From positions 180,294 through 244,293 of the forward strand of contig JAHAYX010000001.1 in NCBI GenBank assembly GCA_018384365.1: a stretch of 64,000 nucleotides of DNA, written 5' to 3'. Below, in pieces: positions 56,039 through 64,000 of the stretch. Position 1 is the stretch's first letter; each line of letters begins with the position of its first letter. Below the pieces are notes generated by a model. The model did no database searches, was not told the DNA's origin, and was given only the letters and a program-made list of their open reading frames with translations. The translations under genes were made by a program, and so were the position numbers. This stretch comes from Clostridiaceae bacterium. Lineage in GTDB: Bacteria; Bacillota; Clostridia; Oscillospirales; QAMX01.

Positions 56039-57814
56039 TTAGTCAAGCTGTGCGGTGTAAAGGTCGTAATACCGGCCGTGCAGGGCAAGCAATTCGTCGT
56101 GCGTGCCATTTTCCACAATCTGCTTATCCGCAACATAGAGGATGCGGCAGTTTTTGATGGTGGACAAGCGATGCGCGATGATGAAGGACGTGCGGCCCTT
56201 CAAAAGTGCCTGCAGACCCTGCTGCACCAGCAGTTCCGTCTTGGTATCAATGGCGGAGGTTGCTTCGTCCAGGATCAGAATACGCGGATCAGCCAGAAGC
56301 GTACGTGCAAAACTGATCAGCTGCCGCTGACCGGCGGACAGAGAGGAGCCGCGCTCCTTCACTTCCGTATGATAGCCATCCGGAAGCTGGCTGATGAAGT
56401 CGTCCGCATGCACGGCGCGCGCAGCTTCATACACTTCCTCGTCCGTTGCGTCCAGGCGGCCATAGCGGATGTTGTCCATGATAGTGCCTGTAAAGAGGAA
56501 GGTGTCCTGCAGCATCATGCCCATCTGCGAACGCAGGGAGGAAATCTTCACATCATAGATGGAATGGCCGTCTATGGTAATGGAGCCCTCCTGAATGTCA
56601 TAGAAACGGGCCAGCAAACTGACAACCGTACTTTTTCCGGCGCCTGTCGGACCAACCAGCGCGATGGATTCGCCCGGTTCCGCGCAGAGATTCAAGTGTT
56701 CCAGCACGTTTACACCCTTTTCGTAAGCAAACGTGACGTCGCGGAACTCCACGCGGCCCTTCACCTCCGGAAGCGCCGTCGCGCCTTCGTGGTCGTCGAT
56801 GGAAATCGGTTCATCAAGCACCTCGAAAATGCGTTCGAGGTATGCAGTGGTGTTGATCAGGTTGTTATACAGGTTGCCCAGCATCTGAATCGGCATCCAG
56901 AAGCGGAACACATAACCGATAAAGGTTAAAATCGTACCCAGCGAAATATCCGCAAAGATATTTGCCGCTGCGGAATAGTAAATGCCAAGCTTTACCGTAT
57001 CGGAAAGCAGTCCGATCACCGGCCAGATCGTTCCGCTGATGAGCACGGATTTCATCCAGGCGTTGCGCACGTCCTGCGCCAGGCCGCTGTAAATGCCATA
57101 GTTCACTTCCTCGCGGTCAAAGCTCTGCGTCACCTTCATGCCGTTGATGGACTCATGCAGATAGGCGTTGATGTTGGAGTTTTTATTGGAGAGCTTCTGG
57201 CGGGCGCGGCGCTGCGGCGATTTGATCAATACAATGAAGATCACGAATACCGGCATGGTGGCCAGCGTCAGAAGCGTCAGCTTCGGACTTGTGATGAACA
57301 TGAACACAATAATCGCCATCAAGCTGAAAAGTTCCAGAATGATATTAACGATACCATTTGAAAGGAAATCTGCAACCGAGTTGACGTAGTTGACAACGCG
57401 AACCAGGATTTTGCCGTGCGGGCGCGTATCATAATAGTCAAACGGCAGTTTTTGCAGGTGCTCAAACAGGTCGTGACGGATTTCGGAAATGATCGTCTGT
57501 CCGACACGGGTTGTGATGAGCACGCGCCAGCGGTTAATCAGGATGATCAGTGCAACGATCACCACAAAGCAGGCCGCCATGACGAACAGTCCGCGAATGT
57601 TCCCGGCCGGGATGTATTTATCCACGACTAAACCGGAGAACTGCGGCGTAATCAGGCTCAGGATCGTGGAAACCACGCTCAGGAGCAGGGCAAAGATCAG
57701 GCTTTTGCCATAGCGCTTGATATACTTGAAGGATCGTTTCAGATGGGTCGAGTCAAACGGGCTTTCCAGTTCCTCGTCCACATTGAATTTATTGCGTTTT
57801 TTCTTAATATCCAT
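56039..57814 (-). CDS. ABC exporter TMD-NBD half transporter (canonical Walker B DE and His switch)
   Basis: GPTGAGKS, LSAGQ, LILDEATS and IAHRL motifs. Confidence 0.93.
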   Translation of the reverse strand: MDIKKKRNKFNVDEELESPFDSTHLKRSFKYIKRYGKSLIFALLLSVVSTILSLITPQFSGLVVDKYIPAGNIRGLFVMAACFVVIVALIILINRWRVLITTRVGQTIISEIRHDLFEHLQKLPFDYYDTRPHGKILVRVVNYVNSVADFLSNGIVNIILELFSLMAIIVFMFITSPKLTLLTLATMPVFVIFIVLIKSPQRRARQKLSNKNSNINAYLHESINGMKVTQSFDREEVNYGIYSGLAQDVRNAWMKSVLISGTIWPVIGLLSDTVKLGIYYSAAANIFADISLGTILTFIGYVFRFWMPIQMLGNLYNNLINTTAYLERIFEVLDEPISIDDHEGATALPEVKGRVEFRDVTFAYEKGVNVLEHLNLCAEPGESIALVGPTGAGKSTVVSLLARFYDIQEGSITIDGHSIYDVKISSLRSQMGMMLQDTFLFTGTIMDNIRYGRLDATDEEVYEAARAVHADDFISQLPDGYHTEVKERGSSLSAGQRQLISFARTLLADPRILILDEATSAIDTKTELLVQQGLQALLKGRTSFIIAHRLSTIKNCRILYVADKQIVENGTHDELLALHGRYYDLYTAQLD

Positions 57815-59559
57815 CAGTTGGCACCTCCTTCCTCGGTGATGCCGTTCTGCAGACAATAAACGCTGTAATAATAACCGCGTTTTTTGAGCAGTTCCTCATG
57901 CGTGCCGTATTCGGAAACGCGGCCGTTTTCCAGAATGTAAATGCAGTCGGCGTCCTTTACGGAAGAAATACGCTGCGCAACAATCAGCGTCGTGGCCTTT
58001 TTCTTTCTGGCGCGCAGACGCTCCTGGATATAGGCCTCCGTATCCATATCCACAGCCGAGGTCGTGTCATCCAGAATCAGGATCGGCGTGTCATAGGCAA
58101 GCGCACGGGCCAGCGCAATGCGCTGCTTCTGTCCGCCGGAAAGGCCCACGCCGCGCTCACCGATGATAGTCTCATAGCCATCCGGCATACGGCGGATAAA
58201 GCTGTCTGCGTCTGCGTCCGTCGCGCACTCGATCACGCGTTCCTCTGCCAGATCCGGATTGCCATAGGAGATGTTCGCGTCAATCGTTTCCGAGAAGAGG
58301 AAAACATCCTGCATACTCATGCCAACAATACTGTGCAGTGCGTGCAGGTCATATTTGCGCACATCCACGCCGTCAATCAGGACAGAGCCTCGGGAAGTAT
58401 CCATAAAGCGCGGGATCAGCGACACCAATGTGGATTTGCCGCAGCCGGTCGGACCCATAATGCCGATGGTCTGTCCCGGTTTGGCCTTCAGATTGATATC
58501 CATCAGCACCGGAGCCTTCCCGGAGGGATATTTATACTCCACATGGCGAAATTCGATTTCACCCTTCGGCTCCTTTGGCACATAGGGATGCTCCGGGTTC
58601 TCAATATCCGGCTTTGCATAATAAATCGTCATGATTTTCTCTGCGGAGGCCAGGAAACGCTGGTAATCATTGATGACGGTGCCGAACATATTCATGGGGC
58701 GGTTCAGACCCCATGCCATGGACAGGAACAGGCTCAGTGTACCCAATGTCATCGAGCCATTGATACAGAAAATTCCGCCGAAAAGCAGCAGAACCACGGT
58801 CAGACAGTTGGAAAATCCGTCCAGAATCGGTGCATACCGCTGCCAGGTGCGGGTCGTGTTGATGGAAGCGTCGCGGAAGGCGCGGTTCTTTTCCTCAAAG
58901 CGTTCCAGTTCGTAATCTTCCCGCACAAATGCCTTGACCACGCGGTTGCCGGAGATGTTTTCCTGCACCAGCGTATTGAGCTGAGAAACGCTTTCGCGCA
59001 CGCGATTATGCGCAGGGCGCATATTCCTTCGAACCTTCACAGTCATAAGAACCGTAAAGGGCGTGAAAATCATCGCCATCAGCGCGAGTTTCCAGTTGAA
59101 AATCAGGAAAACAATCAGGGTTGCAAAGAATGTCAGCAAGTTGGTGATGGTCTGCGGGATCAGAAAAATTGTAAAATGCCGCACCCAGTCCAGGTCGCCG
59201 GTCAGCTTCATCATCAAATCGCCGGTACGGTTTGCACCGTAATAATTCTGATCCATAATCTGCAGCTTGGCGTACAACTGCTTGCGCAAATCGCGCTCCG
59301 TATTCTGCGATCCCAGTTCCAGCAAAAATTGCGATGCGTATGTAAAGATCACAAACAAAATTGCGCAGGCAATTGCTATGGCGCACAGCGGCAACAGTTT
59401 TTCCGCCTGTCCGCCTTCAATAACGTCGTCAATGATCCGTGCATACACAATCGGGCTGATGATATTAAACCCGACGCACAGGACACTGAGCAGCATGCCG
59501 ATGATCATTTTCCCGTAGTTTTCCCGTGCGGTACTCATGACCCACTTGACAGGACCCAA
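57814..59559 (-). CDS. ABC exporter TMD-NBD half transporter (degenerate site)
   Basis: GPTGCGKS, LSGGQ, LILDDTTS and VAQRI motifs; TTG start after GAGGAGG. Confidence 0.93.
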   Translation of the reverse strand: MGPVKWVMSTARENYGKMIIGMLLSVLCVGFNIISPIVYARIIDDVIEGGQAEKLLPLCAIAIACAILFVIFTYASQFLLELGSQNTERDLRKQLYAKLQIMDQNYYGANRTGDLMMKLTGDLDWVRHFTIFLIPQTITNLLTFFATLIVFLIFNWKLALMAMIFTPFTVLMTVKVRRNMRPAHNRVRESVSQLNTLVQENISGNRVVKAFVREDYELERFEEKNRAFRDASINTTRTWQRYAPILDGFSNCLTVVLLLFGGIFCINGSMTLGTLSLFLSMAWGLNRPMNMFGTVINDYQRFLASAEKIMTIYYAKPDIENPEHPYVPKEPKGEIEFRHVEYKYPSGKAPVLMDINLKAKPGQTIGIMGPTGCGKSTLVSLIPRFMDTSRGSVLIDGVDVRKYDLHALHSIVGMSMQDVFLFSETIDANISYGNPDLAEERVIECATDADADSFIRRMPDGYETIIGERGVGLSGGQKQRIALARALAYDTPILILDDTTSAVDMDTEAYIQERLRARKKKATTLIVAQRISSVKDADCIYILENGRVSEYGTHEELLKKRGYYYSVYCLQNGITEEGGAN

Positions 59560-59732
59560 TGTGACACTACCTCCTCACTCTTCCTCCCCGGAAGGGGAGC
59601 CCCTCGGCTCTCGCCGATCCATCTTCACCGGGCGGTCTCTGCCCGCGCCGCCTGCTGCACAGTCCGGAAACAGACAAAACCGGTGTGCGCGCCGGGTTGG
59701 GACAATACCGCCATTATTCATAATATTGTTAT

Positions 59733-59761
59733 ATAATACCCATGAATTTTTAAAATGTCAA
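59733..59761 (-). promoter_or_regulatory. sigmaA promoter of the ABC exporter operon
   Basis: TTGACA-17bp-TATTAT. Confidence 0.75.
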
Positions 59762-59964
59762 GATATGAAAACACGTGGATAATGTTTTGTAATTTGCCGA
59801 ATTTCGTTGTTTTCTGTTAGTTTTTCCGCGTATTTTTTCGCAAAAATAGTAAAAATCCAGCATTTGCACTTTCTGCCATCCGGAACTATTTTGACACAAA
59901 GTTCAAGCAGTATTTACTTTTGTGGTTTAATATGATAAAATATCTTCAAGAGGTGATATCTGCC

Positions 59965-60264
59965 ATGAACGATAAGCTGAAAACGGAACATATGAATGCG
60001 CTTTTCCAGGCAATTCTTTCCTTAAAAGATCTGGACGAGTGCTATGCATTTTTTGAAGATCTCTGCACAGTGACGGAGTTAAAGGCCATGGAACAGCGCT
60101 TTGAGGTTGCCCTGATGCTTTCCAAAGGGCACGTATATGGCGACGTCGTGCGCACCACCGGCGCGTCGACCGCAACGATCAGCCGCGTGAACCGCAGCCT
60201 GAATTACGGCAGCGACGGCTACCGCACGGTGATTGCGAGGCTTGAGGAAAATGGAAGCATATAG
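59965..60264 (+). CDS. YerC/YecD TrpR-related regulator
   Basis: FFEDLCT...MEQRFEVA...TGASTATISRVNRSL motifs. Confidence 0.92.
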   Translation: MNDKLKTEHMNALFQAILSLKDLDECYAFFEDLCTVTELKAMEQRFEVALMLSKGHVYGDVVRTTGASTATISRVNRSLNYGSDGYRTVIARLEENGSI

Positions 60265-60991
60265 CGCTCTGGCCCCCTACTACGATGCATTCAACCGTGA
60301 TGTGCCGTATGACGGCATATTGCGGTTTTATCAACGGCTTTTTGAACGCGCGGGCGTTTCGCCGCAGCTGGTGTTGGATCTGGCCTGCGGCACAGGCGCC
60401 ATGAGTGTCCGTCTGGCGGAGGCCGGTTATGAGGTCATTGCAGCGGACGCCTCCTCGCAGATGCTGTCGATTGCCGCGGGCCGGCCGGTATCGGAAAAGG
60501 CGGTTGCGCCCATTTATCTTTGCCAGCGTATGGAGCGCCTTGATCTGTATGGTACGATTGACGCGGCAGTCTGCTGCCTGGACGGCGTCGGCTATGTCAC
60601 GAAGCCGGAAACGCTGGCGCGCGCATTTTCGCGCGTGCGGCTCTTCCTGAATCCGGGCGGCGTGTTTATTTTCGATGTCAACAGTGCCTATCGTCTGCGG
60701 CACCTGCACGAAATGGCCTTCACGCGCGAATGTGACCGCGCCTTCTGCGTATACCAGGCGGATTTCTCGGAAAAGACCAAAATTCTCACCTACACGCTGG
60801 ACCTTTTTGAACGGGAGGGCCGTCTGTACCGCCGTTCGACCGAGTATCACCACGAGCGCGCCTATGAAGTACAGGAACTGACGGAACTTTTGCTGGCAGC
60901 AGGTTTTACGGATGTGGAGCCGTTCGGCGACTGCCGGGAAGCGCCGCCGGCGCCGGACGAGGGCCGGATCTTCTTCCTGGCAAAAACGTAA
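60251..60991 (+). CDS. Class I SAM-dependent methyltransferase
   Basis: LDLACGTG and LNPGGVFIFD motifs. Confidence 0.9.
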   Translation: MEAYSALAPYYDAFNRDVPYDGILRFYQRLFERAGVSPQLVLDLACGTGAMSVRLAEAGYEVIAADASSQMLSIAAGRPVSEKAVAPIYLCQRMERLDLYGTIDAAVCCLDGVGYVTKPETLARAFSRVRLFLNPGGVFIFDVNSAYRLRHLHEMAFTRECDRAFCVYQADFSEKTKILTYTLDLFEREGRLYRRSTEYHHERAYEVQELTELLLAAGFTDVEPFGDCREAPPAPDEGRIFFLAKT

Positions 60992-61014
60992 GTGCACGCT
61001 TCACCGAGACACGC

Positions 61015-61050
61015 AAAAAAGTCCCCACCCACTCCGGGTCGGGGACTTTT
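61015..61050. terminator. Bidirectional terminator
   Basis: AAAAAAGTCCCC...GGGGACTTTT. Confidence 0.8.
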
Positions 61051-61069
61051 CCTGTTTTCCATCCCTGTT

Positions 61070-61606
61070 TTATGCCTTTTTCACGGCTTTATAGAACACA
61101 TTATTGATTTCCACGGCGATTTCATCATACTCATTGTCATTTTTCAGCCGGAAAACCTTCGTACCCTCGTCTAGGCCGATGGCTTCGCCCTCCTCGGCCG
61201 GGGTTTCTGTCACAATATTCGTGATACTGAAAAGCTCCACGCCGACTTCGTCGGCATCCAGCGTTTCATCCGTCACCTCATAAAGATTGCCGTTATACAT
61301 CACGCGGCGTTCCGCAGCAGCCGTGCCGCTGCCGTTTGCCTGATTCCCGTTCTGATTCTCACCGGCTGCGTTATTGTTGCTGCCGTTTGTCGGGCCGTTA
61401 TTGCCGTTCGTACTGCCGTTTGTATTGGTGCCGTTGTTCACGTCATTATTGGTACCGTTGTTGGTATTGCCGTTTGTTCCGCCGTTATCCGTGGTACCCG
61501 GCGTCTGATTGTTCGGGGTTGTCGTGTTGGGGTTCTTTCCATTGTTCATGCAGGCCGTCAAAGACAGCGTGAGCAGAACCGCCAGTACGATTGCTGTAAA
61601 CTTCAT
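61070..61606 (-). CDS. Lipoprotein with Asn/Gly/Thr-rich linker and small C-terminal beta domain
   Basis: Lipobox LTAC at residue 19; NG/NNG repeats; RBS AAGGAG. Confidence 0.8.
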   Translation of the reverse strand: MKFTAIVLAVLLTLSLTACMNNGKNPNTTTPNNQTPGTTDNGGTNGNTNNGTNNDVNNGTNTNGSTNGNNGPTNGSNNNAAGENQNGNQANGSGTAAAERRVMYNGNLYEVTDETLDADEVGVELFSITNIVTETPAEEGEAIGLDEGTKVFRLKNDNEYDEIAVEINNVFYKAVKKA

Positions 61607-61723
61607 AGTAAACTCTCCTTTTTCGGTTTTCGAACATAGTATTACCTGTATCTGGGATGTTTTATCCCGCCAAATTTAACCAAAATCACATGAAAAATCA
61701 GCACTTATCTGGAATATCCGATA

Positions 61724-61752
61724 TTGCACGGAACTTTTTCAGATGTTATACT
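61724..61752 (+). promoter_or_regulatory. sigmaA promoter of the ECF S-component gene and prfA
   Basis: TTGCAC-17bp-TATACT with TG extension. Confidence 0.7.
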
Positions 61753-61795
61753 GATAGCAGTTCAAACGATTGCAAAAAGCGAAGGAGTGATCACC

Positions 61796-62329
61796 GTGGA
61801 TTCCGAGAAAGTCCGTAAACTTGTCCTCGCAGCATTTTTTGCCGCCATCATTTTCCTGGGTACCTTTATCATCAAGATTCCGATCCCGAATGGATACATC
61901 CACTTTGGCGACGGCTTCATATATGTTGCAGCTGCCCTGCTGCCGCTGCCCTATGCCATGGCCGCTGCGGCCATAGGCGGCCTGCTGGCTGACCTGATTG
62001 CCGGTTTTGCCGCTTATGCGCCCTTCACCGCAGTCGTAAAACTGCTGATTGCCCTGGTCATCGGCCTTGTTGTCCGTAATAATGCCTTTGTGAACCGTCT
62101 GCGCGGCCGCGGCACGGAAAAGGGCGGATTTGCATCGCTCATCCTTGCCTCCATTCTTGGCGGTGTTGTCAATGTCGGCGGTTATTTTATCACGGACTGC
62201 ATCCTGTATGGCTTCGCCGCCGCGCTGTCCGCCCTCCCGCTCAATTGCCTGCAGTCTGCCTTTGGCATTGCCGTATTCTTTGTGTTCCTGCCGATTCTCG
62301 CAAAAGCCTTCTCCCGTCTGGACAAATAA
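61796..62329 (+). CDS. ECF transporter S component
   Basis: LAAFFAA (AxxxA), GYIHFGD, GGLLADL and YAPFT motifs; about 5-6 TM helices. Confidence 0.85.
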   Translation: MDSEKVRKLVLAAFFAAIIFLGTFIIKIPIPNGYIHFGDGFIYVAAALLPLPYAMAAAAIGGLLADLIAGFAAYAPFTAVVKLLIALVIGLVVRNNAFVNRLRGRGTEKGGFASLILASILGGVVNVGGYFITDCILYGFAAALSALPLNCLQSAFGIAVFFVFLPILAKAFSRLDK

Positions 62330-62353
62330 TCATCACACGCAGAAAGGGTTTCC

Positions 62354-63421
62354 ATGCTTGAAAAATTAGCCGGAATTGAAGAGCGCTTCTGCGCAATCGA
62401 AGCGCGCCTTTCCAGTCCCGACCTGTATCACGATCCTGCCGAAGCGGCAAAGCTCCTGAAAGAGCAAAAGGAACTCACCCCCGTTGTCGACGCGTACCGC
62501 GCCTATCGCCGCGCCGAACAAGCGGCGGAGGACAGCCGCGATCTGCTCTCGGGCGACGACCCGGACCTGCGCGAACTGGCAGAAGAAGAACTGCGCGAGG
62601 CGCAGGCCGAAATGCAGCGCCGCGAGGAGGAACTGAAAATTCTCCTGCTTCCCCGGGACCCCAACGACGAGCGCAATGTCATCGTTGAGATCCGCGGCGG
62701 CGTCGGCGGGGAGGAAGCGGCGCTTTTTGCCGCCGATCTCTACCGGATGTACAGTATGTATGCCGAGCGCAAGGGCTGGCGCATTGAAGTGCTGAATCTG
62801 AACGAAACCGAAATCGGCGGTATCAAGGAAATCAGTTTCCTGGTTAACGGTAACGGCGCATATTCCCGCCTGAAATTTGAATCGGGCGTCCACCGCGTGC
62901 AGCGCGTGCCGGAAACAGAGTCCGGCGGACGTATTCATACGTCTGCGGCGTCTGTTGCCGTGCTGCCGGAAGCGGACGAGGTGGAAGTGGAAATCAACCC
63001 CAATGATTTGCAGATCGACACCTACCGGTCCTCCGGTGCCGGCGGTCAGCACGTCAACAAGACGGAATCCGCCATCCGTATCACGCATCTCCCGACCGGC
63101 ATTGTTGTGGAGTGCCAGGATGAGCGCAGCCAGTATAAAAACCGCGACCGTGCCATGAAGGTTCTGCGTTCGAAGCTCTATGAGGCCAAGCGCGAGGAGC
63201 AAACTTCCAAAATCGCCGCCGAGCGCCGCAGCCAGGTTGGCTCCGGCGACCGCAGTGAGCGAATCCGCACCTATAATTTCCCGCAGGGACGCGTCAGCGA
63301 TCACCGCATCGGCTTAACCTTGCACAAAATCGACGCAATTCTTGCCGGTGATCTGGATGAGCTGATCGATGCACTGGTCACAGCCGACCAGGCAGAGCGT
63401 CTGAAAGCCGACGCCGAATAA
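62354..63421 (+). CDS. prfA: Peptide chain release factor 1
   Basis: VPETE (PxT), GAGGQHVN and RIRTYNFPQ motifs. Confidence 0.98.
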   Translation: MLEKLAGIEERFCAIEARLSSPDLYHDPAEAAKLLKEQKELTPVVDAYRAYRRAEQAAEDSRDLLSGDDPDLRELAEEELREAQAEMQRREEELKILLLPRDPNDERNVIVEIRGGVGGEEAALFAADLYRMYSMYAERKGWRIEVLNLNETEIGGIKEISFLVNGNGAYSRLKFESGVHRVQRVPETESGGRIHTSAASVAVLPEADEVEVEINPNDLQIDTYRSSGAGGQHVNKTESAIRITHLPTGIVVECQDERSQYKNRDRAMKVLRSKLYEAKREEQTSKIAAERRSQVGSGDRSERIRTYNFPQGRVSDHRIGLTLHKIDAILAGDLDELIDALVTADQAERLKADAE

Positions 63422-63467
63422 GCGGCGTGCAGCTTCCCGTCTTTTTCCCCTTCCGATTGTATAAAGC

Positions 63468-63515
63468 AATGCCTCCCGGTCTACAATTCCAGTAAAAGAC
63501 CGGGAGGCGTTTTTT
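63468..63515 (+). terminator. prfA terminator hairpin overlapping the spoIIR RBS
   Basis: GCCTCCCGGTCT/AGACCGGGAGGC stem followed by GTTTTTT. Confidence 0.7.
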
Positions 63516-64000
63516 ATGCGGAAAAAGAACATTTCATCTGTACTTACCAGACTGGAGGGCGCGCTGCTCGTCGGGCTTGCCGCGGCGATTCTCTTTGCCG
63601 CAGCCGGCACGCAGCTGCAAACAGCGCTTGCCGGGAAAATGCTGCGGCTGCACGTCATTGCAAACTCCGACAGTGCCGAGGACCAGGCGCTGAAGCTGCA
63701 GGTGCGCGACAGTGTTCTGCGCGAGGTGGAAGAACTCACGGCAGGCGCGGACACAGCCGCCGAGGCACGCAGCAGCGTGGAATCCGGTCTTCCAGCGATC
63801 CGCCGTGCGGCAGAACAAGCGCTTGCCGCCGAAGGGTATGCGTACAGCGTCCGACTCTCGCTGGGGGACGCATATTTCCCCACCCGGGAGTACAACGGTT
63901 TTGCCCTGCCCGCAGGACATTACGATGCGCTTCGCGTAATAATCGGCGAAGGAGAAGGGCACAACTGGTGGTGCGTACTCTTCCCGCCCTTCTGTACATC
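63516..64000 (+). CDS. spoIIR: Stage II sporulation protein R (runs off the window; missing from the ORF track)
   Basis: Hand translation gives MRKKNISS...LRLHVIANSDSAEDQALKLQVRD...FPTREY...LPAGHYDALRVIIGEGEGHNWWCVLFPPFC. Confidence 0.95.
   Translation, partial: MRKKNISSVLTRLEGALLVGLAAAILFAAAGTQLQTALAGKMLRLHVIANSDSAEDQALKLQVRDSVLREVEELTAGADTAAEARSSVESGLPAIRRAAEQALAAEGYAYSVRLSLGDAYFPTREYNGFALPAGHYDALRVIIGEGEGHNWWCVLFPPFCT

Noticed and set aside
61330-61545. Repetitive GCCGTT/GTT tract as a CRISPR array or DNA repeat
   Set aside because: It is explained by Asn/Gly codons of the lipoprotein linker; there is no repeat-spacer periodicity and no cas gene.
62354-63421. Programmed frameshift in the release factor
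   Set aside because: This is RF1 (PxT motif) with an uninterrupted ORF; the frameshift is a prfB feature.

Overview
This is a high-GC chromosomal window from a Clostridia (Oscillospirales-like) bacterium that is probably a gut spore-former, since it carries bsh and spoIIR. It is mostly core genome. It contains the start of the S10 ribosomal operon with a ~400-nt leader; a tagA-thyX-tmk-DUF2156-5FCL-CPBP-mltG-phosphoesterase operon; pcrA; ktr/trk genes; a probable accessory sugar cluster (C-GCAxxG-C-C protein, two tandem SDRs, a GH2 and a nucleotidyltransferase); a cysteine desulfurase; bsh; an xpaC-telA-lemA-like-TPM envelope module; a NifB/NifX + DUF134 pair with a shared operator; a chromate-transporter pair; yceD-rpmF, a radical SAM gene, der and plsY; tRNA-Gln(CTG); rpmB-rplS-lepB-rbgA-rnhB-yraN; thrC; tig-clpP-clpX-lon-engB; MoxR-DUF58-membrane protein; a U32 protein; a heterodimeric ABC exporter; yerC; prfA; and a partial spoIIR. 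I saw no CRISPR array, IS element, integrase or prophage. The best leads are the SDR-SDR-GH2-NTase cluster, the TTGACATATGCCG operator shared by two promoters, the XpaC/TelA/LemA/TPM module, and several RNA-level devices (a hairpin-bridged RBS for tig, an RBS-sequestering terminator at spoIIR, and a uORF ahead of the ABC exporter). All calls come from motif recognition by eye; no searches were run. Many starts were moved to the RBS-supported codon.
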